A stretch of 64,000 nt of DNA, from NCBI GenBank assembly GCA_030390025.1, contig CM059432.1, forward strand, positions 18,044,001-18,108,000, in the 5' to 3' direction. Origin of the DNA: Squalus acanthias (taxonomy: Eukaryota). Made by a program: the position numbers and the translations under genes. Below, piece after piece: positions 1 to 10,175 of this stretch. Position 1 is the first letter of the stretch. Every line of letters begins with the position of its first letter. The notes below the pieces were generated by a model. It had not been told where the DNA came from and searched no databases. It was given only the letters and a program-made list of their open reading frames with translations.

Positions 1-520
1 GGAAGGATATACTTGCCATAAAGGGAGCGCACCAAAGGTTCATCAGACTGATTCCTGGGATGGGAGGATTGTCCTATGAGGAGAGATTGAGTAGACTAGG
101 CCTATATTCTCGAGTTTAGAAGAATGAGAGGTGATCTCATTGAAACATACAAAATTCTTACAGGGCTTGACAGGGTAGATGCAGGGAGGATGTTTTCCCC
201 TGGCTGGGGAGTCTAGAACCAGGGGTCACAGTCTCAGAATAAAGGCTTGGCCATTTAGGACTGAGTTGAGGATAAATTTCCTCTCAGTGAAGTGAATCTT
301 TGGAATTCTTTACCCCAGAGGGCTGTAGAGGCTCAGTCATTGAATATGTTCAAGACAGAGATCGATAGATTTTTGAATATTAAGGGAATGAAGGGATATG
401 GGGATAGTGCAGGAAAGTGAAGTTGAGGTAGAAGATCAGTCATGATCTTATTGAATGGCAGAGCAGGCTTGAGGGGTGGAATGGCCTACTCCTGCTCCTA
501 TTTCTTATGTTCTTATCTGT
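1..520 (+). mobile_element. CR1 LINE 3' end (ORF2 C-terminus, 3' UTR, tail)
   Basis: Reads GLYSxEFRRMRGDLIETYKIL-like; ends ...atggcctactcctgctcctatttcttatgttcttat, the same tail as other CR1 copies in the window. Confidence 0.93.
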
Positions 521-730
521 TCTCTTAAAACAGTAAATGAGATTTTCAAAATGTGCTGTCTCCGGGTTAATATTTAGTAATGGGTACTTATATTTAACAC
601 TGTGTGCTAGATGGAAATTGTACATGGTGAAAAAGCAGCTGCTCATTGCATACTGCAATTCAATATGCACACATATATACACAATTATATATACACCCAT
701 ATATATGGGTTTAGTGAGGGTACCCCTCAT

Positions 731-732
<2 letters not shown>

Positions 733-772
<40 letters not shown>
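733..772. repeat. (CA)n microsatellite
   Basis: About 17 perfect CA units seen directly. Confidence 0.98.
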
Positions 773-1067
773 GTGAGGACAGGATCAGTCTGCTGGTCCT
801 TGTATTGAGGCTCACACAGGAATAATGGTTACTTGGGTAAATGGAGTGAGCTGCACTCTGCATCTGTACCTCAATAAGGGAATCAATGTTTTTGGGAAAG
901 GAAGAGAATTCAAAGGCAAGAACAGTTATGTGAAAAAAGGTCAAGCTTATGAGAATCTACACGTATGGATCTCATGTATGTGCAATACCCCAATGTTGCC
1001 ATATCTGCTTCAATATAAAACAGGGCAGATTCAGCATAATTCCTCTTTCCTTTCAGTGCTCAATTAC

Positions 1068-1386
1068 TTGACTATAAGAGGATTTTACAGTGTACAATAT
1101 AGTGCATGCATACAAATAAATGATATAAAGAGTATGTTACAAGACTCATCTATCTCTATGCCTCATCTGTGTACGTGTTCATCTATCTCGAAGTCTGTCT
1201 TTCATTTTTCCCTTGGCAGGCTTGCCTCTTGTCTTGTTACCACACCCGACTGATACGATGACTTAATTCTGCTGTGTGGTTTCCCATCACTTAACAGGGA
1301 GGGACAGTTTCACTCGAAATAAAAAGCAAGGGTAAGATGTTCTTGGTGCTGGCATTTGCACTTCTTGAGGAAACTTCCTGGGTTCA
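1068..1386 (-). other. Candidate untranslated leader exon D (3' boundary uncertain)
   Basis: Acceptor ttgtaatttttcag|TGAACC at 1386. Possible donors GTG|gtaaca (1241) or CAA|gtaatt (1068), or the exon may extend further. Contains short uORFs. Confidence 0.55.
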
Positions 1387-1620
1387 CTGAAAAATTACAA
1401 ATGGAGTTCATAAATAGGCAATGACTGCATTTTACAGTTAGAAACTGAAAATAAAATTGAAAAGCAACACATAAAATACAAAACCACTATATTCGCCAGC
1501 TACACATGACCACACTCAACATACAAGAGCATTGAGAGTTGTGCATTATTCAGGAATGCATGACTTTTCTATATACACTCCAAAATTACACCAAGACCAT
1601 TCGCTTATTCATGTCCAAAT

Positions 1621-1755
1621 AAGAAAGAAAAAAAGAACTTCCATTTATATGGTATTTTTCCTGTCCTCAGGATGTTCCAAAGCGCTGGACAGCCAATGAA
1701 TTACCTTTGAAATGTAGTCACTATTGTAATGTAGGCAAATGCAGCAGCTGACCAC
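1621..1755 (-). mobile_element. 3' tail fragment of the Deu-domain tRNA SINE
   Basis: Reverse complement of the tail of the full SINE at 37896-38342. Confidence 0.75.
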
Positions 1756-1935
1756 AAAGAACGTACTTATACCACAGAATGCTTCAAACTGCACGCTTGC
1801 TGTTGGAGGTAGACTTGTAGCATAAAAGTATTAGAGGTGTGGACATAAAACTATAGGATCCATGTAAGTTCCCATGTTTCACCTTTAAACTTTGCATTCT
1901 TTAGTACTTTTCAAAGACACTCCATCACCACATAC

Positions 1936-2051
1936 ATCATTGCAGAACTTCTTTGTCAGTAGTTTTCAAGCTATCCCGTCTGGGGACCACCTGCAAATAC
2001 TGACTTTCCAAGTGACCCAACTTCGGAATGATAACGTGCCCAAAGGAAAAC
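1936..2051 (-). other. Candidate untranslated leader exon C (116 nt)
   Basis: Acceptor ttttctacaataag|GTTTTCC and donor CAATGAT|gtatgt. All three frames contain a stop codon. Confidence 0.65.
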
Positions 2052-2347
2052 CTTATTGTAGAAAATATATCAGTATACAACAGTATGGTAGCAAAGATGC
2101 AGATACATAAAAATATAAAGGTTTGGTGATTCATAGATCAGTGTTTCAAAAGCAGTTGCTGACGTCAGGGTATTTGGGGCCTTTTGACTTAGCAAATGTG
2201 TTTACCCTGGGCATCCCACACCACACTGGATAGGTAACCTGATACATGCTTGACGTACTGGTGTTCGGAGCTCATGTCCACAATGGCAACACAAGCCCGA
2301 ATCACTGCTGTTTCAATGCTCTCTTTCCCGATCTCCAAGCCTTTCAT
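1966..2347 (-). CDS. Putative spliced 75-aa upstream ORF (2347-2206 + 2051-1966): MKGLEIGKESIETAVIRACVAIVDMSSEHQYVKHVSGYLSSVVWDAQGFPLGTLSFRSWVTWKVSICRWSPDGIA
   Basis: ATG at 2347; frame stays open across the B/C junction (CAG G|GT TTT); TGA at 1968-1966; 228 nt in total. Translation is inferred, not shown. Confidence 0.35.
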
Positions 2348-2354
2348 TGAGGAG
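2206..2354 (-). other. Candidate untranslated leader exon B (149 nt)
   Basis: Acceptor gtttttgcattag|CTCCTC and donor GCCCAGG|gtaaac. Unique, non-repeat sequence. Confidence 0.7.
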
Positions 2355-2965
2355 CTAATGCAAAAACAGTTCTGTACACCACAAGAGCCTTCTGTCCTTA
2401 GCACTAAATTACCAATATACACAAAGGATGTTTAGAGTTATAAAAGAAATTATCTTCAGTGTAATACTTTGTAATAAGGTACTGGTGTGAAACTTGAGCA
2501 ACTTGCTTCAATAGATTTTTTATGACCCCCACCACCATACTCCTTTGTCTCCACTTTCTTCCCTTCTACTTCAGTCCAATTTCAGTCACTCCTCAATTTC
2601 ACTTCCTTTGACTTGTTCAAAGACTCAGTAGACTATTTTGCTGCAGTACCGCTCAAGCTTGGATCTCTCCACTCTACAGACTTTGTTTCCCAGCTTTACT
2701 GCCTATTCCTGAATTTTACCTTCTCCGGTTCTCTTCTGCTCAACTCTTTAGATGGCACATTTCGTAGCTCCCAGACATTATTTTGTTGTTATTCACAAGT
2801 CCTCTGTGCAGTCACAGGATACGAAGCTATGGCCCCAGAAGTCACACTGCTGTCACTGTAGGTCAGCATGTTTGATTGGTCCTTCAGTTATCAATCAGAA
2901 GAACGCAGCACTCCAACACAGTAGCTGCAGGGTCCTGGTGCCCATTATGTATTGGAATTTACAAT

Positions 2966-3216
2966 AACATAAATAGGAACAGGAGATTCGGCCCCTCGAT
3001 CATGGCGGATTCGATTTTGGCCTCAACTCCACTTTCCTGCTCGCTCCCCATAACCCTTGACTCCCCTGAAAAATCTGCCTATCTCAGTCTTGAATATATT
3101 CAATGACTCAGCTTCCACATCTCTCTGGGGTAAAGAATTCCAAAGATTCACGACCCTCAGAAGAAATTCCTCCTCATCTCCGTCTTAAATGGGCGACCCC
3201 TTATTCTGAGACTATG
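2966..3216 (-). mobile_element. CR1 3' end fragment
   Basis: Begins aacataaaataggaacaggag and matches the reverse-complement CR1 tail seen at 14583 and 5932. Confidence 0.85.
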
Positions 3217-3369
3217 TAGTTGTAAGTGTCCTTTACATTAACATAAGCCTCATTACTTTGGAATAAGAATATACTAAATTGTATGATTAACTGACTATTC
3301 TCAACTAGACACAGTATCCAACACAAAGTGGGTAGTAGGGTTGGAGCTGAATTGTAATTTTGTAAATTC

Positions 3370-3980
3370 CCTTTACAATCTTGAAAACTTCAATTAGATT
3401 ACCCCAAGGTTGTCTTTGCCAAGTAAAATAATCCTAACCTCTTTAACCTTTCCTCATAACTTAAGTGCCCGGTATGCAGAATAATCTTGGTTGCTCACCT
3501 CTGCAATCTCTCAAGGGCAACCTCACTCCTATGATTAGGTGACCAGAAATGCACATAGTACTCTAGATGGGAACATAACCAATGCTGTCCAAAGCAATAG
3601 TAGACTTGTACTCTATCCATCTGAATTCATCCCAGGACTTGTGCTTTTTAAAAAAAACTGGAGCTAAGCACTGTATTGACAGTTTTATAGATCCACTATA
3701 ACTGCTCGATCTCTTTCATGAGCAGCAAACATACGATTATACTTAAAATACTCAGGTTGATTCCTTCCCCCTGACACAGACACTAATCATTTTACAGCTA
3801 TCTGTATTGAACTGCAACTTCAGTTACCCAGACCCAAATCCTTCTTAAACTGGTTTCATTGTTCGGCATTATTTGCTGGGCCTCCAATTTTGGTATATTC
3901 TTCAAACTTGGGAGATATTTATTGCTACACAATTCTCCATGTTTTTAATCTATCAATAAAACAGCACAAGTGTAACACTT
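3370..3980 (-). mobile_element. Old, diverged CR1 ORF2 fragment
   Basis: Degenerate similarity to the RT C-terminal region (tgaccagaaatgcacatagtactctagatg; caccttgg-like HLEY/QFWSP motifs on the minus strand). Confidence 0.55.
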
Positions 3981-4414
3981 ACATTCTGTCACACTTTGTT
4001 GACTGTCTGACATAAAACAGCAGCAAATCAGACCTGAAGAGGTGGGGAATGTATGAATCAAAACAAGGAAAGTGGGAAGAAAATTACTGCTGCAAAACTA
4101 CCGAGGACTTATGAAATCAATCACTCATGAATGGCCGGTCATGAACGCTTACAAATAAAAGGAGAAAAACAATCATAAGCTCAAGAAAATTTCTACGTCA
4201 ATACTGGTTGTTTACCTTTGCTTGCTTTTGTTCATCCTCTAATTTTACTAAAATCTTCTTTAGTTTTCTCAGTGGAAAAATGAAATTGTGTCTTCGTGTA
4301 GTGCAATATTTCAATTATCTTTCAGCTGATGTTTTACATAAAAAGTTAGTATTTTCAGAAAACATGTCAAGCAGAGTGTCAGAAGGAAAAGACACAAAGG
4401 AATAGAAACAGATA

Positions 4415-5308
4415 GGGGTAAAAATTAGGTCGCGCCCCATTTGGGGCGCAAATATCGTCTGGACGCAAATATTAGCGCCTGGCGCTAATTATCGGCACTG
4501 ACTGGAAACTTCACTTTTACCGCCCCGGGAGGTGAGTGGAGCGCTAAATCAGGCGCTGCACACCTGTCTTAAGGCGCAAAGGCCAAGGAGTGAGGCGCTA
4601 ACTCAGAGCGCTGGCGAAGCTCATGTAATGTCAGTCAGCAATGGAACACACACACAATGGCACGGGCCAGTTCTTAAAGGGGATGGTTAATCTTGCTTTC
4701 CATTCACATCCTGTTCATTGCAGCCTTGAATCTCGGCCTGGAGAGACTTGCACATCAAATGTGCTGGCAAGAACAATGGAGAGTACCAGGCAAAGAGCTC
4801 AGAGTGCAGCTCCCACAGTCTCTGCTAAATCGATACAAGAAATGGCAAATCAAAATGAACCTGCAAAGTGCTGCTCAGTACCCAAAACTCCTTCACACAA
4901 CGTTGAATCTCTCCAGAAGTCTCTCCCTCTCTCTCTCAGAATGCGTAGTTCAAAAATGCCACCAACAATAAAAGACAGGAAGAGGCCCCCTTTAAATAGC
5001 GCCCCCCCCCAGCCCCACAGCGATTGATAGCGTTCCAGTCTTCTGGTCGTTGGATGCGCCAGGCGGTAAGGCAGGGGGCGCCACTCAATTTCCGCTCCGG
5101 GGCGCCACAAGGGCGTTGCACCATGGAATGACGTCACAATCTGCGCGCGCAGGTGGTCGCAGCGGTAAAGTTTAGCGCCGCCGCACAATGTCAAGTTAAG
5201 TTCCCGAGCGGCGCAAACATCGCTGCGCCCGGGCGTTAGCGGCTTTGCGCCCCATTAGCGCCCTCTTAAGGCGCTAACGGGAGGCGCAACCAACTGAATT
5301 TTTACCCC
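4415..5308. mobile_element. PIF/Harbinger-type non-autonomous element (MITE)
   Basis: TIRs GGGGTAAAAATT...AATTTTTACCCC; 3-bp TSD ATA/ATA; CpG-rich subterminal repeats. Confidence 0.85.
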
Positions 5309-5687
5309 ATAGTGTTTCAACACCTATCACCTGTTATTTATATTTCAAATTCCAAACCAGTTCTTTTCAAAAAACATAAAATGTGTTCTTATAGCTGCAG
5401 TGCATAAATGATTTACCAATTCTTTATTTTCAAAGAACTTGTTTGCTATTTCTGGCATATGATATCTTCAGAAAACAAGCAAACCACCAATTTTGTGACA
5501 TTATCTTAGGTAAAATATATTTTTCAATAAGGTAAATTTTAGACCACAAAAATACTGGCCATCAAGAGGATGCCGTTTGAAAACGCACCCCTTTTCACTT
5601 CAAGAGATGTAAACATTACTGACGGAATATTGCTGCTTAGAAGTAAAACAAAATTCATTAATTAAAGGAAATTAATTTATTATTTAC

Positions 5688-5779
5688 CATCCTGGAGTCA
5701 GAGAGGAATTTTCTAATCATTAGTCATTGTGAACTTTATTTTCCAAGAACCAACCAACTCCCCCTTCTCACTATTGCTG
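5688..5779 (-). other. Candidate untranslated leader exon A (92 nt; NAGNAG acceptor gives an 89-nt alternative)
   Basis: Acceptor catgttatttag|CAG|CAAT and donor CCAGGATG|gtaaat. Confidence 0.65.
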
Positions 5780-5931
5780 CTAAATAACATGTGCTTTCCT
5801 CCAATCTGGTATATCATACCTACCAACATGCATGTTTTCTGGACTTCAAGAATAAAAAATAAACACGTAGTTAAAGAACAGATTATAATAATGAAGACCA
5901 TTTTTGTTTGTGACAAATAATGAAGCATTTT

Positions 5932-6398
5932 AAGAACATAAGAAATAGGAGCAGGAGTAGGCCATTCGGCCCGTCGAGCCTGCTCTGCCATTTAATAAGA
6001 TCATGGCTGATCTTTTACCTCAACTCCACCTTCCCACACTATCCCCATATCCCTATCTAAAAATCTATCGATCGCTGTCATGAACATATTACGACTGAGC
6101 ATCCACAGCTCTCTGGGCTAGAGAATTCCAAAGATTCACAACCCTTTGAGTGAAGACATTTTTCCTCATCTCAGTCCTAAATGGCCGACCCCTTATTCGG
6201 AGACTGTGAACTCTAGCTCTAGACTCCCCTGCCAGAGGAAACATCCTCGCAGCACCCACCCTGCCAAGCCCTTTATGGATTTTATATGTTTCAATGAGAT
6301 CACCTTTCAGTCTTCTAAACTCTAGGGAATATAGGCCTAGTCTAATAAATCTCTCCTCATGGGACGATCCCCTCATCCCAGGAATCAGTCTAGTGATC
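5932..6398 (-). mobile_element. 5'-truncated CR1 LINE
   Basis: ORF 6089-6418 (RLGLYSLEFRRLKGDLIETYK...VVNLWNSL) plus the aagaacat tail. Confidence 0.93.
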
Positions 6399-6843
6399 TT
6401 TAATCCATGATTCAGCACAATATTGCTTCTTTAATTGTGTCGGTACACAAGGGGTTAACAACCAGCTTCACTCAAATATCATGTACCAGTTTAACTTAGC
6501 ATTTGTCGCAACAATTAGGCTGACTGTTGTTGAGCGGTTGTCCAAGGGAGGAGCCAAGCCATCCTAACAAAATACAAACATCTTATGGAATTTGTTCAAA
6601 CATACTTTTAGATGGCAGTTCCATTTGCATTTAACAAGTCATTTAAATTCACTGGGTCTTGATAACTGGTTTGAAAGTATTTATCAGGCTGCCTTTTTCA
6701 AATCACTGAGTTTGTCTGGAATCTCTGAAGATAGTTAGCCAAGACAGAGTTCTTCCGTAGCAGTGACAGAAAAAAAAAGGAACCACTATGCAAGAAAATG
6801 ACACATCTTTGTTTTGCACAGCAGTTACAAACTATTTATTACT

Positions 6844-7243
6844 TCCTATTATAATGATGAAGAGCAAGCTAAGCTTAATAACTACCATGAAAATGCTGCT
6901 GCTACTATTTGTTAGAGAGTGAACAGCTCATTAAGCGCGTCACGTAATTATGCCCTCCAACCAGCAGTGGTACCAGGTTTGCATGTTCAAACTCCACAGC
7001 CTGTACTGCAGAGAAATCGCTATGCTCCAACCTACTCCTCTACTCACATTTCCCCAAGGTTTCCGATTCATCTATAAATAATATCAAATCCAAGTAAGGA
7101 CATAATATATAGGATGTTTAAAATGGGGACTGAATTGCGTGTGCATGCCCGGGTCCAAAAATCCCCCCGTCCACTAACCACTTTACCGTAAGACTACACC
7201 TGGTCTTGACTCCCTATGTGCAATGCCATGAGAGATTGACTGG
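6844..7243 (+). mobile_element. Old non-autonomous Helitron copy 1 (5' end approximate)
   Basis: Homologous to 28541-28913 and 23180-23379; ends in a degenerate hairpin followed by CTGG|T (CTRR). Confidence 0.6.
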
Positions 7244-7333
7244 TATCCTTAAATCATTATACAAAATTGTTGAATGGTTTGACAGAGTTAGTGAAGAAAC
7301 TTTAACAAGATGATGGTTAGGCCAATTGGAGTA

Positions 7334-7697
7334 CAGGAAACTCTCTTTTAACCGGCACCCAAATAACCGGAAATCTCTCTTAACCGGCAAAATTCTTGAG
7401 TAGGTAACCGGGGTTTTCCTTCCTCTCTCCTTTAAAAATAACTTTAAAAAAGACCCCGAGGCGTTTGCCTTGTATCGGAGCGTGTAGATTGGGAGGGGAA
7501 TGTGCAGCCCGGGTAGGCAGCGGACACGACAGATGGTCAGCTGGCGGTCCCCGGGGAGACGGAGCTCCGAATGCAGGCGCATGTCAGTGTGTACGGGGCT
7601 CTCGTACATTGGGAGATATAACTCTCCCTTATCCGGACTTTTTGATTAACCGGCACCACACCGGTCCCGTCGGTGCCGGTTAATAAAGAGTTTCCTG
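7334..7697. mobile_element. Tc1/mariner (Tigger/pogo-like) MITE
   Basis: TIRs CAGGAAACTCT...AGAGTTTCCTG; TA TSD on both sides; related to 21556-21961 and 31290-31714. Confidence 0.9.
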
Positions 7698-9289
7698 TAC
7701 TGTGCAGAGCTTTGGGCTTCCCATTATAGAAAAGGCATTAAAGTCAGAGAGTGTAAAACAAAGATTCACCAGAATGATACCAGGAATGAGAAAATAGATT
7801 TGAGGAAAAATTGAAATATTATTAGAGAACTACTAAATAAATATTCCACATCACAGATAATGTCCAAACAATTTATATTCAGTTAATTCTATTTCCCTTA
7901 ATCCTAGTTAGGTTAAGAAGCATATTTAGGTTCAACATAACAATATTTAATATGGCATCATGAAGAAGCGAGACCAAAATTCAACTTCTGCCAATCCACT
8001 GAATTCCCAATCTGGGAAGGGGAAATCCAATGCAGAATCTCTACTAAGTCATTCATGTACTCCTTGTGGCTAGCAAAGAACTAGAGTAGAGTGGGCATCA
8101 GTTCCCCTTCAGCCTCAGGATAAATGGAGTTGGAGAGCTACAAGAAAGGGCAGAAGATACCATAAGCCCATTATCTACCACTGTAGCTCCAATTCCAACT
8201 GAAGAACATGGACAAATAGGACATATTTTCTTGTTCACATCTTAGACTGCCGAAAATACCCCAGATAGCCAAGAAATTCCCCAAATCACTCCAAGGTTAC
8301 CAGTCTTTATTCACATTTTCAAAAACTAAAGTGTTTCTTGTGGTTGGACTGTAACTTTTTTTCTACTTGCATTGGAATTATATAACCTGCAAAAGCAAAA
8401 TAACATAATTTTCACTGAATTCAAAACAATCAACTTTGTAACAAATTACTTTCCTTCAAGCTGAGCTTTACAACTCCACCCCAAGGATGCTTTAGTACAT
8501 AGACACACAAATAGAACTGGAAAACAAATAGGTTTTAAGAGGTCTGCACTTTGTTAACCTGGAAACTCTATTCTCCAAAGAAAATTATATCCTCAGAATA
8601 CTGCTAAACTACTGGAGATTCTACCTGTCTACAACTGAGCGACAATAATTAACTTTAGCTTGATCTCCACCTGTCAGCTGCAGTTAAACCATTTTCAGTC
8701 CCAGGACAGATTCTTCTGGGACATTAGCCAAAAATCAAGGCCAGACAGCTGTAGGGGAAATAAACCAGGATGGTGAGCACGGGGCAGGAAGTTTTGCCTG
8801 CTGGCTGAAGTTCAGATCCAAGCAGCCAGATCTATTGTGCTGCAAGCCAAGCAGGAAACTGATCAAATTTATACAGTACAGCAAACCAGCTCTATTGTGA
8901 ATCTCCTCCCTAAAGACCACAGCCACCTACATCAGTGGGGCCTTTAAGGGAGGCAAGAGGAAGCAGAGATCTTATAATGTACGTCAGAACAACAGTGTTC
9001 TGGGTCATGAGTTAAAAGCTGCAACAGCTTCTTTTACCATAGGCAGACTACACTATCAAAAATTAAATCTTAATGTGTGTTACTGTGCGTTTCCATCATT
9101 ACAAGCTAGATGGGTGTAACCCTTTACAAACTAGAAGTTAGAATAAACCACTTCAAAGCTCTATTCGCTGCATTTATAATATTAACTGTACAATATTCAC
9201 TTTTATTCAGAAGGTTAAGCATGATTAAAATGTAAGAGATGGCCTTTGGCAGTAATTTTTTTGTCCTCCCTTACAACAATTTTCATTGA

Positions 9290-9945
9290 CATAGTGCCTT
9301 TAATGTAGTTAAACATCAGACGGTGCTTCACAAGAGCGATTATTAAATAAAATTTGACGTCGAGCCACAAAAAGAGATAGGACACATGACCAAAAGATTG
9401 GTCATGGGGCTAGTTTTTAAGGAGCGTTTTAAAGGAGGAGAGAGAGGTAGAGAGGCAGAGAGGTTTAGGGAAGAAACTCCAGTGCCTAGGGCCTAGGCAA
9501 CTGAAGGTGCAGCCGCCAATAGTGGAGCAATTAAAATTGGGAATGCGCAAGAGGCCAGAATTGGAGGAGCGCAGATATGAGGGTGGAGGAGGTTTACAGA
9601 GAGAGGAGGCAAGGCTCTGGAGGGATTTGAACACAAGGATGAGAATTAAAAAAATTGAGGTGTCCCCAGACCAAGAGCCAATGTAGGTCAGCGAGCACAG
9701 GGGTGATGGGTGAACAGGGCTTGGTGAGAGTTAGGATACGGGAAGCAGAGTTTGAGGAGTTAAAGTTTATGGAGGGTGGAAGATTGGTCAGTCATGTCTA
9801 GAGGTAACAAGGGCATGGGTGAGGGTTTCGGCAGCAGGTGAGCTGAGGCAGGGGCGGAGACGGGCAATGTTACGGAGGTGGAAATAGGCAGTCTTGGTGA
9901 TGGAGAGGATGTGTGGTTGGAAGCTCATCTCAGGGTCAAATGAGA
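9290..9945 (-). mobile_element. L2-clade LINE 3' fragment
   Basis: Minus strand reads FKSL..L....LRSSNSGLLRIP...SLSSFKTLLK, typical of the L2 ORF2 C-terminus, followed by its tail. Confidence 0.85.
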
Positions 9946-9989
9946 TTCAAGGATTGGGAAATAAATACATGAAGGGTTTAATGGGTTAG

Positions 9990-10175
9990 TACAGCAAGTT
10001 CCTAAAGGAACGGAGAGGCTAAGGGCGAGATGCCGTTTTCACGATGCTAACGATGGAGCGGTACAACTTGGACATTCCCATTTAACCACACATCTGCTCC
10101 TCGCCTGAAGTTACTGTATCATTTACCCGTAAATAACAGTGAGCGCCATTAGCTTTGTGGTTATCTGGGCCATTA
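9990..10175. mobile_element. Fragment of the Harbinger-type MITE family (right end)
   Basis: Similar to 14300-14459 (taaataacagtgagcgccattag vs taaataacggtgagcgcagttag). Confidence 0.55.

Noticed and set aside
440..944. ORFs with CV/HT dipeptide runs
   Set aside because: Translations of the (CA)n microsatellite and the CR1 tail.
2160..2167. Perfect CRE (TGACGTCA) in the small intron between exons B and C
   Set aside because: A single 8-mer is expected about once in 64 kb by chance; no other support.
2206..2354. Internal coding exon of a large protein
   Set aside because: The next exon (2051-1936) has stops in all three frames and exon A does not supply a long open frame; this fits a leader with uORFs.
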